From Haliotis rufescens (taxonomy: Eukaryota), in the NCBI RefSeq assembly GCF_023055435.1, contig NW_025963791.1:33294001-33358000 (forward strand): a DNA stretch of 64,000 nt, given 5' to 3'. How positions within the stretch are numbered: the first letter of the stretch is position 1; each line of letters begins with the position of its first letter. Of this stretch, positions 1 to 12,298 are shown piece after piece. Position numbers and translations under genes: made by a program. Under the pieces are notes generated by a model. That model saw only the letters and a list, made by a program, of their open reading frames with translations. It had not been told where the DNA came from and searched no databases.

Positions 1-219
1 ATGACATGGCCTAAACGATGGGTTCCATTATCCTCCAAAATATCATAACATGTGTGACAGTGAAAGCANNNNNNNNNNNNNNNNNNNNNNNNNNNNNNNN
101 NNNNNNNNNNNNNNNNNNNNNNNNNNNNNNNNNNNNNNNNNNNNNNNNNNNNNNNNNNNNNNNNNNNNNNNNNNNNNNNNNNNNNNNNNNNNNNNNNNNN
201 NNNNNNNNNNNNNNNNNNN

Positions 220-1776
220 TCCTGTTAGTGTGTCTTAATGTGTGACTGTATCAGTGTGTATGTGTGTGTCTGTATGTGTGACTGCATCAGTGTGTATGTG
301 TGTGTCTGTAAGNNNNNNNNNNNNNNNNNNNNNNNNNNNNNNNNNNNNNNNNNNNNNNNNNNNNNNNNNNNNNNNNNNNNNNNNNNNNNNNNNNNNNNNN
401 NNNNNNNNNNNNNNNNNNNNNNNNNNNNNNNNNNNNNNNNNNNNNNNNNNNNNNNNNNNNNNNNNNNNNNNNNNNNNNNNNNTGTATGTCTGTCTGTATG
501 TCCGTGTGTGTGTCTGTATGTGTATGTGTCTGTATTCGTGTATGTCTGTCTGTATATCTGTGTGTATGTGTGTGTGTCTGTATTCGTGTATGTCTGTCTG
601 TATGTCTATGTGTGTGTCTGTATGTGTGTGTGTCTGTATTCGTANNNNNNNNNNNNNNNNNNNNNNNNNNNNNNNNNNNNNNNNNNNNNNNNNNNNNNNN
701 NNNNNNNNNNNNNNNNNNNNNNNNNNNNNNNNNNNNNNNNNNNNNNNNNNNNNNNNNNNNNNNNNNNNNNNNNNNNNNNNNNNNNNNNNNNNNNNNNNNN
801 NNNNNNNNNNNGTCTGTCTGTATGTCTATGTGTGTGTCTGTATGTGTGTGTCTATATTCGTGTATGTCTGTCTGTATGTCTGTGTGTGTCTGCATGTGTG
901 TGTGTCTGTATTCGTGTCTGTATGTCTGTATGTCTGTGTGTCTGTACGTGTTTGTCTCTGTATTCGTGTATGTATGTCTGTATGTATGTGTGTGTGTCTG
1001 TATGTGTGTGTCTGTATTCGTGTATGTCTGTCTGTATGTCTGTGTGTGTCTGTATTCGTGTGTATATGTCTGTGTGTCTGTATGTGTGTGTATGTGTGTG
1101 TGTGTCTGTATTCGTGAATGTATGTCTCTATGTATGTGTGTATGTCTGTCTGTATGTCTATGTGTGTGTCTGTATGTGTATGTCTGTCTGTGTGTCTGTA
1201 TATGTGTGTCTATTCGTGTATGTATGTCTGTATGTCTGTGTGTGTATGTATGTATGTGTGTGTGTCTGTATTCGTGTATGTCTGCGTGTATGTCTGTGTG
1301 TGTCTGTATTCGTGTGTGTCTGTATTCGTATATGTCTGTCTGTATGTCTGTGTGTGTCTGTATGTGTGTGTCTATGTATTCGTGTATGTCTGTCTGTATG
1401 TCTGTGTGTGTGTCTGTATGTGTGTGTCTATGTATTCGTGTATGTCTGTCTGTATGTCTATGTGTGTGTCTGTATGTGTGTGTCTGTATTCGTGTATGTC
1501 TGACTGTATGTCTGTGTGTGTCTGTATGTGTGTGTCTGTATTCGTGTATGTCTGACTGTATCTCTGTGTGTGTCTGTATATGTGTGTATGTGTCTGTATT
1601 CGTCTATATCTCTGCGTGTGTCTATATGTGTGTGTCTATGTATTCGTGTATGTCTGCCTGTGTGTCTGTGTGTCTGTATGTGTGTGTCTGTATTCGTCTA
1701 TGTCTGTGTGTGTGTCTGTATTCGTGTATGTCCGCCTGTATGTATGTGTATGTCTGTATGTGTGTGTATGTGTCTG
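220..1776. repeat. Compound TG/CA-rich simple repeat (gapped) in the FUT copy A intron
   Basis: Degenerate (TG)n/TATG/TCTG units with recurring GTATTCGTGTATGTC; interrupted by N gaps. Confidence 0.95.
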
Positions 1777-1950
1777 NNNNNNNNNNNNNNNNNNNNNNNN
1801 NNNNNNNNNNNNNNNNNNNNNNNNNNNNNNNNNNNNNNNNNNNNNNNNNNNNNNNNNNNNNNNNNNNNNNNNNNNNNNNNNNNNNNNNNNNNNNNNNNNN
1901 NNNNNNNNNNNNNNNNNNNNNNNNNNNNCACATGGTTCAGTTGGACTCAC

Positions 1951-4900
1951 TCTTCTGGGAAGTCCTTGTTGTGGAGACAAGGGCCGTAGGAATCTACATC
2001 GACGTATTTCTGCAAAATCGTGACGTACTGCTCCCTGTTGGATGGTGTGTTGCAGTCCCTGTGGACATATATAATTGGAGCTAGGCCACCATCTGTCCTC
2101 ATCACGTTCCTTCTGTCTGTGGGGACTAAATATTCTTTACTGAGCAGTGTCTCTTTGTTTGTCAGCCAGTGGGTGGTGAGCGGGTAGTCAGATCCCCTCT
2201 TGAAAGTCGATGTATAGTTGAACAGCTCTATAGTGCTCCTGAATGAAAACAGCCAATCTTTGTTCATGGGCGACTCTTCGTGGATCAATGCCCAAATATC
2301 GCCATCCTTCCTTGGAAAAGGAAGACCACTCGACAGAAAGAATGAGCCGTAAAATACGTACATCTGAAAATATAAATGGAAGATTGATAGTCACTCTGAC
2401 AAAAGGTACAACTTCTGACTGTCTATGTTCTGAAGGCGTCAAGGACGAGTGTGCGCAGTGTGGCCATTTGACGCCAAGGTTGTCGTGCGTTTTTCGCTTT
2501 GAAAGAAGAGGCTGTTGTGACGACGTTTTTAATGTTGCGGTGAACACGAATGAAATAAAACTATCTGCGACAGGCATCAGCAAACTTACTGATGCGAGAA
2601 AGTTCATGTCAGTCTAATCCCCTATAACCTACATAATATATCGCGATAATGGCCGGTTGTAAGAACACTGAAATCATGACGCTCCATGGAGGTAGATACT
2701 TTGGGGGAGTTTCTTTCGCAAACATGCCTACACACATAGTTGACATGATCGACCTTTTGTCCTGGTAAAGCTTAATGTGACGGTGACACAATTTCAGTAC
2801 ACATAGAGCAGGTAAATTGCAATGGAAGCTTCACTCAGTAGCCGTCTCATTCAAAATTATCGCAAACATTTACCGTGTATATGTTGTCATGGTTACTCAC
2901 CATGACTTCCTGATGCTGCAGTCGTGTCTTGTTCCTGGACACGAGACATCTCTGTTGCGTCTCACAGGAGATGACATAATCAGGATATTTGCCTGGCGAC
3001 TCCCACCAAGTCAAGACTGGCAGGGTGGCGTGACTCTCATCCACCTCATAGCTGACGACTTGCCCTGCACAGTGAAAATGTAAACATAGCTCACTCCAAC
3101 CTCTCCGTCGGTGGGTGGGAAGGTGGGTGGGACGGTGGGTGGGTCGGTGGGTGGATCGGTGGAAGGGCGGGTGGGTGGTTTCGGTCGGTCGGTCGGTCGG
3201 TCGGTCGGTCGGACCACGTTTCTCAGGTGACGGTCATGGCAGACTGTCAATATTCAAGTCTGGACCAAACAAACCTTGAATTTAAAGCATGAGCCCCGAT
3301 GAACGACAGGTTTCGATCCATGTCGATTCGTACGAAAATCGAAGTATCCTGAGAACCAATTCTACCCCGGAATCACCATGGAGACCATGTACTACATCAT
3401 GGCATGGGAGGTTACAATGTCTGAAGAGATGAGTGCCATTCGCTCACCATAACATACAGAACCAGTTCTATCAACTTTGTCTCATCCAGATTCGATGACT
3501 GAGTGAGTGAGTTTGGTTTTACGCCTCTTTTAGCAATATTCCAGCAATATCACGGCGGGGGGACACCAGAAATGGGCTTCACACATTGTACCCATGTCGG
3601 GAATCGAACCCGGGTCTTCGGCATGACGAGCGAACGCTTTAACCACTAGGCTACCCGACCGCCCCTTCGATGACTGAAGATACAGGGATACAGTTGCAAT
3701 ATGGCTTGGTTCGTTAACATGTATAAAGTCCCATGACTCCAGGTGACTGAAACATGGTGACCCCAACACATGACCCACACAACGCAACTGATGAAAGAAA
3801 GATGTTTTACCGTATTCGACGTAATAAGCGCCCAGGGCGCTCTCAAAATTAAAAATAGGGGGCCCTTATTAGAATATAATTTTCGTGAGAACAAAAAACA
3901 CTTGAAAGATCGTAAATTTCATGGTTTATGCTAACAGCATGAAATGATACAAAAGAAAAGACTGTGCGTATTATACACGACATATATTTTTTCGATAATT
4001 TAATTGCTCATAATTAAGGGTGCATATAACACACGAGTGCGTATTGTACACGAATAGATAAGTCTTGTGAACATAGATTAATCGGAAGGGGTGCTAATTA
4101 GGATTGATCACTAGCAATTCAATATATTAGCAAATATAGGCGCTTATTATAGCGGAGCGCTTATTACGTCGAATACGGTATATTGTTTTCGTAAATGTTC
4201 TGACATCCTTCCTTGCCTCATGTTTTCATGACCTACTAACTTCACAGTACATATCAATTATACTACAGCGACAAAACCGTTTCAATATTCACAAGAAATA
4301 TATCCTGAAAGCAGATTCATTTACAATGCCACTTATGATGATCATGTGTTTAGTAATCACTCTCAAATAGTGATGACATCAGGTGTTCGTAAAAAGGTGA
4401 GCGTATCCTGCCCCACCGGTGGCACCCGTCACAAACACATGCAAAGGCACGTCAGTTGTTCACTTGAAATACACGAGAACATTTGGAACAAGTGAAATTA
4501 TGGAAGTGTATTGGACATTATTTTTTACATGTATTATATCCGTGAAAATATTTAAAAGATAATTATTAGCCACATTACAGCCTCAGTGTGTTAGGTTAAG
4601 ATATATAGTGGCCAACGTACCATCACCCACTGTGTAGCAAGTCCAAATCAACACCAAAAGAGAGATCTTATCTGAAACATACAACATCACAATATCATGG
4701 TGTCAAAATACTAAAGTATGAAGACACATTTTTTCACAACGTGCACGTGTTTTGCAGAACACTGCACATGCCAAGTTAACAATATATCATTGTGGGTAGC
4801 AAATGGTCTTGCGGTATTGAAGAGTATGAGTAGGTTGACGTTGTCCAACCGAATCACCAGTCATCCTTAAAACAAAAAAGCCATACTATAGCCATGTTAA

Positions 4901-5004
4901 TATGAAACTGTACATAAATTACACATCACTGTCTTTATACATGATCAATATCCTGTTGTATCAATAATCCATGTAACTAAGTAACTTAACTAACCTGGAA
5001 GCAT
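1951..5004 (-). CDS. Alpha-1,3-fucosyltransferase / protein O-fucosyltransferase FUT10/FUT11-like (GT10), copy A, 5' part; remaining exons lie left of the window
   Basis: Exons (minus): 5004-4995 (MLP, tentative), 4671-4621 ([18 protein letters not shown]), 3064-2901 ([14 protein letters not shown]..), 2363-1951 ([42 protein letters not shown]). GT-AG boundaries and phases 1/1/0/2 are compatible; motifs match FUT10/11 (ILWW, WAxFHEESPxNN, FNYTATF, IDSYGxCL). Confidence 0.88.
3108..3213. repeat. (GGTG/GGTC)n tetranucleotide microsatellite; paralogous tract at 34105-34192
   Basis: Direct reading. Confidence 0.85.
3503..3665 (-). mobile_element. tRNA-derived SINE family A (~165 bp, ACTC tail)
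   Basis: A box TAGCCTAGTGG, B box GGTTCGATTCC, (ACTC)n tail; 12-bp TSD TTCGATGACTGA at 3491-3502 and 3666-3677; empty site in the paralogue at ~34464. Confidence 0.92.
3810..4178. mobile_element. Tc1/mariner/pogo-type MITE
   Basis: TIR CCGTATTCGACGTAATAAGCGC at both ends, flanked by TA; paralogous copy at 34608-34976. Confidence 0.85.
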
Positions 5005-5265
5005 AACTTAGAGCAATCACACCCTCTCCATCAATGGCACAGTTTATCAGCATTTCCCATTAACAAACTATACCCTAGGCGCGCTGATGCGTCCCGTCTC
5101 GGTTGAATGTCGTGTCTCTGGGGGTAAACTTCATACACACCCTAACGTACCCGGCCAGGCGAGTCCACTCAGGAATGTGTGCACTCGCCCGTATGACTGA
5201 GTCAGTAATCGCTGTCAATAACGGACTTTCCAAATCGCATTACAGAATCAACTAACATACAGTTA

Positions 5266-5752
5266 GATGAGGTGAAATGTGTTTAACGTCGCGTCCAAGA
5301 TTATTGCANNNNNNNNNNNNNNNNNNNNNNNNNNNNNNNNNNNNNNNNNNNNNNNNNNNNNNNNNNNNNNNNNNNNNNNNNNNNNNNNNNNNNNNNNNNN
5401 NNNNNNNNNNNNNNNNNNNNNNNNNNNNNNNNNNNNNNNNNNNNNNNNNNNNNNNNNNNNNNNNNNNNNNNNNNNNNNNNNNNNNNNNNNNNNNNNNNNN
5501 NNNNNNNNNNNNNNTGCCGATTTATAATGCTAGCTCACTGATATACCATGCCGCAGTTTAACATGAATACCCCACTCAGTATATTGACTCCGAGCCGACC
5601 AGTCCTTGTTTTAGCTCCTGAATGCCGAGCGGCAGACAGGGTAACAACAAGTACCATCTTTAACGTCATTTGGTATGACGCGGCCGGGGATCAAACCCCG
5701 GACCTTCCGCTTTCCGGGCGCACGCTCTACCTCTAGACCACGGAGGCGGTCT
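5266..5752 (-). mobile_element. tRNA-derived SINE family B (~350 bp, gapped)
   Basis: Matches copies at 39873-40223 and 54253-54606; flanked by ACATACAGTTA / ACATACAATTA TSD. Confidence 0.85.
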
Positions 5753-5801
5753 CACACATACAATTAAGCTTGGCTTGTAAGTTTGAGTGGTTAGGCAAAT
5801 C

Positions 5802-8624
5802 ATGTTGATGTATTCGCGGGTATGATGTATTCACGGGTATGATGTATTCACGGGTATGATGAAGTCATTGGTTTGATGTAGTCACGGGTATGATGTTGTC
5901 ATGGGTATGATGTAGTCACGAGTATGATGTATTCACAGGTATGATGTAGTCATGGGTATGATGTAGTCACGGGTATGATGTAGTCATGGCTATGATGTAG
6001 TCACGGGTATGATGTAGTCTTGGGTATGATGTAGTCTTGGGTATGATGAAGTCATGGTATGATGTAGTAGTGGGCATGATGTAGTCATGGGTATGATGTT
6101 TTCACGGGTGTGATGTACTCACGGGTATCATGTAGTCATGGGTATGATGTATTCACAGGTATGATGTAGTCATGGGTATGATGTACTCACGGGTATGATG
6201 TAGTCACGGGTATGATGTATTCAAGGGTATGATGTATTCACCGGTATGATGTATTCAAAGGTATAATGTAGTAGTGTGTATGATGTAGTCACGGGTATGA
6301 TGAAGTCATGGGTATGATGTAGTCACAGGTATGATGTAGTCACGGGTATGATGTATTCACAGGTATGATGTAGCCATGGGTATGATGTAGTCATGGTATG
6401 CTGTTATCATGGTTATGATGTTGTCAAGGGGATGATGTAGCCATGGGTATGATGTTTTCACGGGTGTGATGTACTCACGGGTGTGATGTATTCACCGGTA
6501 TGATGTATTCACAGGTATGATGTAGTAGTGGGTATGATGTAGTCACGGGTATGATGAAGTCATGGGTATGGTATTGTCACAGGTATGATGTAGTCACGGG
6601 TATGATGTATTCACAGGTATGATGTAGCCATGGGTATGATGTAGTCATGGTATGCTGGTATCATGGTTATGATGTTGTCACGGGTATGATGTAGCCATGG
6701 GTATGATGTAGTCACTGGTATGAAGTATTCACAGGTATGATGTATTCACGGGTATGATGTATTCACAGGTATGATGTAGTAGTGGGTATGATGTAGTCAT
6801 TGGTATCATGAAGTCATGGGTATGATCTATTCACAGGTGTGATGTAGTAGTGGACATGATGTAGTCATGGGTATGATTTTTTCACGGGTGTGATGTACTC
6901 ACGGGTATGATGTAGTCATGGGTATGATGTATTCACAGGTATGATGTAGTCACCGGTATGATCTACTCACGGGTATGATGTATTCACGGGTATGATGTAG
7001 TCGCGGGTATGATGTATTCAAGGGTATGATGTATTCACCGGTATGATGTATTCACAGGTATGATGTAGCAGTGGGTATGATGTAGGTACGGGTATGATGA
7101 AGTCATGGGTATGATGTAGTCACAGGTATGATGTAGTCACGGGTATGATGTATTCACAGGTATGATGTAGCCATGGGTATGATGTAGTCATGGTATGCTG
7201 TTATCATGGTTATGATGTTGTCACGGGTATGATGTAGCGATGGGTATGATGTTTTCACGGGTGTGATGTACTCACGGGTAGGATGTAGTCATGGGTAGGA
7301 TGTATTCACAGGTATGATGTAGTCATGGGTATGATGTACTCACGGGTATGATGTAGTCACGGGTATGATGTAGTCACGGGTATGATGTATTCAAGGGTAT
7401 GATGTATTCACAGGTATGATGTATTCACGGGTATGATGTAGTAGTGGGTATGATGTAGTCACGGGTATGATGAAGTCATGGGTATGATGTAGTCACAGGT
7501 ATGATGTAGTCACGGGTATGATGTATTCACAGGTATGATGTAGTCATGGTATGCTGTTATCATGGTTATGATGTTGTCACGGGTATGATGTAGCCATGGG
7601 TATGATGTAGTCACTGGTATGAAGTATTCACAGGTATGATGTATTCACCGGTATGATGTATTCACAGGTATGATGTAGTAGTGGGTATGATGTAGTCACG
7701 GGTATGATGAAGTCATGGGTATGATGTAGTCACAGGTATGATGTAGTCACGGGTATGATGTATTCACAGGTATAATGTTGTCATGGGTATGATGTTGTCA
7801 TGGGTATGATGTATTCACGGGTATGATGTAGTCACGGGTATGATGTAGTGACGGGTATGATGTATTCACAGGTATAATGTTGTCATGGGTATGATGTAGT
7901 CATGGGTATGATGTATTCACGGGTATGATGTAGTCATGGGTATGATGTAGCCATGGGTATGATGTTGTCACGGGTATGATGTATTCACAGGTATGATGTA
8001 GCCATGGGTATGATGTAGTCATGGTATGCTGTTATCATGGTTATGATGTTGTCACGGGTATGATGGGTATGATGTAGTCACTGGTATGAAGTATTCACGG
8101 GTATGATGTATTCACGGGTATGATGTATTCACAGGTATGATGTAGTAGTGGGTATGATGTATTCACAGGTATGATGTAGCCATGGGTATGATGTAGTCAT
8201 GGCATGCTGTTATCATGGTTATGATGTTGCCACGGGTATGATGTAGCCATGGGTATGATGTAGTCATGGTATGCTGTTATCATGGTTATGATGTTGTCAA
8301 GGGTATGGTGTAGCCATGGGTATGATGTAGTCACTGGTATGAAGTATTCACAGGTATGATGTATTCACGGGTATGATGTATTCACAGGTATGATGTAGTA
8401 GTGGGTATGATGTAGTCACGGGTATGATGAAGTCATGGGTATGAAGTAGTCACAGGTATGATGTAGTCATGGGTATGATGTATTCACCGGTATGATGTAG
8501 TCACCGGTATGATGTATTTACAGGTATGATGTTGCCATGGGTATGATGTAGTCATGGTATGATGTAGTGATGATTATGATGTTGTCATGGGTATGATGTA
8601 GTCACGGGTATGATGTAGTCACGG
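5802..8624. repeat. 17-bp minisatellite (ATGATGTAGTCACGGGT)n, ~165 units
   Basis: Period read directly (ATGATG at 5941 and 5958); recurring variant units such as ATGCTGTTATCATGGTT. Confidence 0.97.
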
Positions 8625-9857
8625 TGCATCACGAATCACGTTCACGAGAAATAACAATCCGGGAATTTTGACTGGAACAAGCATAAAGTGGAAATTGAAT
8701 GAGGAGTTCCCAATTTTATATTTTCACTGTTTACTTTAGCATGGGAAAATACATTGTATGTGTTTATATCCTGAAACATCAGCAATGCCTGTTTCCTGAT
8801 AGACGAAGCCCGTCGAAGGCTGACCATGATGTGAGGTTTCAAATTTGTTTGTAAACATAGTAAACACGTAAATAAGTCATTCAAACTATTTTGGCTCTTA
8901 TGTTTACAAGTCGTCACTTCCTTAACCCGTCTTGATTATCGTGAATTCGTTTTCGTCAACATACACAATAAGTCTCTTGTGTAGGATTAATACACTGTCA
9001 CAATTTGTTTTCTTAAACACACTCTTATGACATATGTTATAGACCATGGAAGTGATCATAACCTTGTTATAAATGAAGCTTGAGGCATGTGACTTTCTGA
9101 CTTTAAAAGGGCAACAATACTCCAACTTTATGATGCGACGTTACATTTTGAACTCACTTACTCAACAGATTCCAATAAGCAAGCTAAGCAAGTCAAGATT
9201 ATAGTCCATTATATTGAAACTCTGAGTCTGCGAAAAAGCCATCCACTTTTCAATACTTTCAACATTGGAGTGTTGTTGTCCTTTAAAGTTGTCCTGCATA
9301 TGATAACGTTAGGGCTGAAAGATGAACAGGTCAGCTGTCACCTAATTTGGTGAAGTCCAAATGGTTCTGGATATATTGTTGCTGGTGGCGAAAAGGTTCG
9401 GGACATTTAAGATCAGGTTGGCGTGGGTTTGCTTGCATTTTGGCATGTAATGCAAATTAACACCTGTCTAGTTGTTTTGTTGTAGTTGTGTGTGACGGCA
9501 CAATGACAGAACCTGTCCCGGACGTTCAGTATTGGGATACATTCCATGACGGATCTGTGCTGTAGGGAGACTTACGTAAGATCAAGTACACAATACCGTG
9601 AACAAAAGTTATTATAATTGCATGCTCAAATCTAATTGTGCTGCTAGACGTCATGTAATTGTTGCAGATGTCTTGACCGTGTGTTTTGTTAGAATATTCT
9701 TAAAGGTTTTCAACAATTTTTCAAACCTAACACTTTGTTTTAGTGTCATGATATGCTCATAATATTTCAGACTCATACATGAAGCAGGTTCAAAACATAA
9801 TTCGAACCTGAACAGACAGGTAGATGACTACAAGGGCTGAGATGAGTCCAAATTTAA

Positions 9858-10090
9858 TACCCACGTACCCGACTCCCTATCACCTGACCCTACCCAGGTA
9901 CCCGACCCCCTATTACCTGAACCTACCCAGGTACCAGACTCCCTATTACCTGAACCTACCCAGGTGCCCGACTCCCTATTACCTGACCCTACCCAGGTAC
10001 CCGACTCCCTATCACCTGACCCTACCCAGGGACCCGACCCCCTATTACCTGACCCTACCCAGGTACCCTACACCCTGGCCTCACCCGACC
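9858..10090. repeat. 33-bp minisatellite (CCCTACCCAGGTACCCGACTCCCTATTACCTGA)n, ~6.5 units
   Basis: Direct reading; only ~1.5 units at the paralogous site ~20497-20560. Confidence 0.9.
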
Positions 10091-10253
10091 AGGGAACCTG
10101 CTGTAGGATTCGAGTAGGGTAGAAAATGCCTGATTAGAAATGTTTTACCGGTGGCCTGGCAAAACCTCTTGATATACATGTGTATACGAACTGATCATGC
10201 ATACACTGAAATTGACTTAAGCTTTACCTTTACTCAGATATAAAAATGTCAGA

Positions 10254-10415
10254 GTGAGTGAGTATGGTTTTACACCGCTTTTAGCAATATTCCAGCAATA
10301 TCACGGCGAGGGACACCAGAAATAGGCTTCACACATTGTACCCATGTCGGGAATCGAACCCGGGTCTTCGGCGTGACGAGCCAACGCTTTAACCACTTGG
10401 CTACCCGACCGCCCC
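10254..10415 (-). mobile_element. SINE family A
   Basis: Full-length copy; TSD AAAAATGTCAGA / AAAAATATCAGA; empty site at ~20716-20730. Confidence 0.92.
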
Positions 10416-12298
10416 AAAAATATCAGAAGGAATACGTGGAGTGTCAGAAAAAATGTGACACATTAGTGAATTTCGGTGTAGCCATGGTGTTTTATTGTTA
10501 TTGAACAATATAGCACGTGATTAACTAAGGGTCCGGGTAATCTTGTGGGTGCCCAGATCCAACCCAGGACCAACCTAACCCAGCCCTAATGGCTGACAAC
10601 AGAAGCGTACGAGTAGAGATTCTGTTTAGAATTCTTCCAACCTCTTCAACTGTAAAGAGTTATATCAAGTGTCTCAAGTGTAAAAAGTACAGCTGACCGG
10701 CTTCAGTGGCAGAGGGAAAAGGTATGTCAGTTGATCGTGACGTCATGGTAACCGATGATGTCACACTGGCCTGCAAAACATTGCGACGCAACTTTAATGT
10801 AGCGGTACCTCCTGTGGAATCCAGTTATGGATTAAGTATTGACTAAATATGTTTTGCGTGTATGGAGGTGTAAGTACATGACAGACAATGTTATGGTAGG
10901 GTCATGTTTTTTATTTGTGAAAAATACATTCTGCTCTTCCTGAGTGAATATGCTATAAAAAACGATCTAATGATTATGTGTGCGGTACAAATAAGTAAAA
11001 GAAATCGATTGAAGTTTTCTTTCAATGATTTCAATGATTTTATTTAATCTGGGGGCTATGCATATCACGGGCGAGCCACCGCGAATTCCTACGACGTCAC
11101 GCAAGTAGTTCGCTAGTGGGCGTGGGCTAATGTTATTTAAGGTTAACCAATCTAATGCAACGGACTCGCTGGCAATTTATTTATTAATTAACTTAACAAT
11201 ATTTATTGTGTTTATGGAGGTATAAATCTAAACAAATTGTGTGCATATCATGCGTTAATCTGCGTATATAACGCAAAGTGTGCATACCCCTTTAAGCACA
11301 AAAATACATTTTACAAGTCAGCAATAACAACTTCAAAGGCTGTCTATTAAGTCATATGACACTGTACAGCGCAATAGTGCAACACAAGATCTGCCAACTC
11401 TATTATCAGCCAGTCATGAAACAAATCCGAGGGTGTGCGTGGCCTAATGTTTGTCGGTTTATTCAGAGTAAACTAAATCTATTTTATGGTATCTGATTAT
11501 GGAGCTGACGCAAAAAAATAATTTCATTTTTAGCCAAACACTAACATGGAATCACTTACAGTTTATTTTTTGACACTTGAATAATGAAATGTACTATGCC
11601 TACAACACCATTTTAATCATTATTGATATGGACACGATTACACAATTGCAGAATTGTTCCTCCGTACAAGTATGATGCAGGAACTCTTGGTTATTAAGTG
11701 GCTCACCATAACGTTCCACAAAACAAACTTCATGACATCACAAACATCCTACATGAACACCCTATCTACTATCTAGTAAAGTGAATACATTATATGACCA
11801 CGGTTCAGTGGACCACGTACAATGTACCTAACATGCTACTGACTGGAGCTGGGACGAGTCCAAATCTACAGCCCGGGTAACCAACCCGACCCGGGAACCC
11901 GCAGATGGTCTCAAGAGTTGGGAACTCATTAGTTTCATTAAACAATATATCAAGTGACCATCCACGGTCGAAGTAGTCATGTGAGCACTTCAATAACAAG
12001 TAAACCATATCATATCCACTAAAAATAGAGTGAAGTATTGGTATCTCTTGAGCAGATTGGGATCAAACCACGGGCTTTTCGCCTTCCCGGCCGACACCGT
12101 ACTTACTAGAACATGGAGGCGATTTAATAAAGAGAACCAGGTTGCTAAACACATAATGTGATGTGTAATGATGTGGAAATAATGTCTGTTGATACACCTT
12201 TGTATGATCATTCACACCCCAAGAGTCTATTTTGAGTTGTTATAGTGAATTTAACACCAGTGATAGTGATGATTGAAATCATGAAATTGATGATGTGA

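Larger units (their letters stand above)
9832..10588. mobile_element. Probable hAT-type MITE containing an expanded 33-bp minisatellite and a SINE; paralogue at 20471-20871
   Basis: Termini resemble TAGGGCTG...CAGCCCTA; the paralogue is flanked by ATGGCTTC/ATGGCTAA (degenerate 8-bp TSD). Confidence 0.55.

Noticed and set aside
238-2084. Long Val/Cys/Tyr-rich and His/Thr-rich ORFs (up to 532 aa), also at 32114-33008
   Set aside because: Translations of TG/CA simple repeats and N gaps inside a FUT intron
5802-8624. snoRNA C-box-like (ATGATG) array
   Set aside because: The motif is simply part of the 17-bp unit; no D boxes or terminal stems
9824-10117. Pro/Tyr-rich 97-aa ORF resembling an adhesive or shell protein
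   Set aside because: Product of a 33-bp repeat expansion that is absent from the paralogous block; no signal peptide
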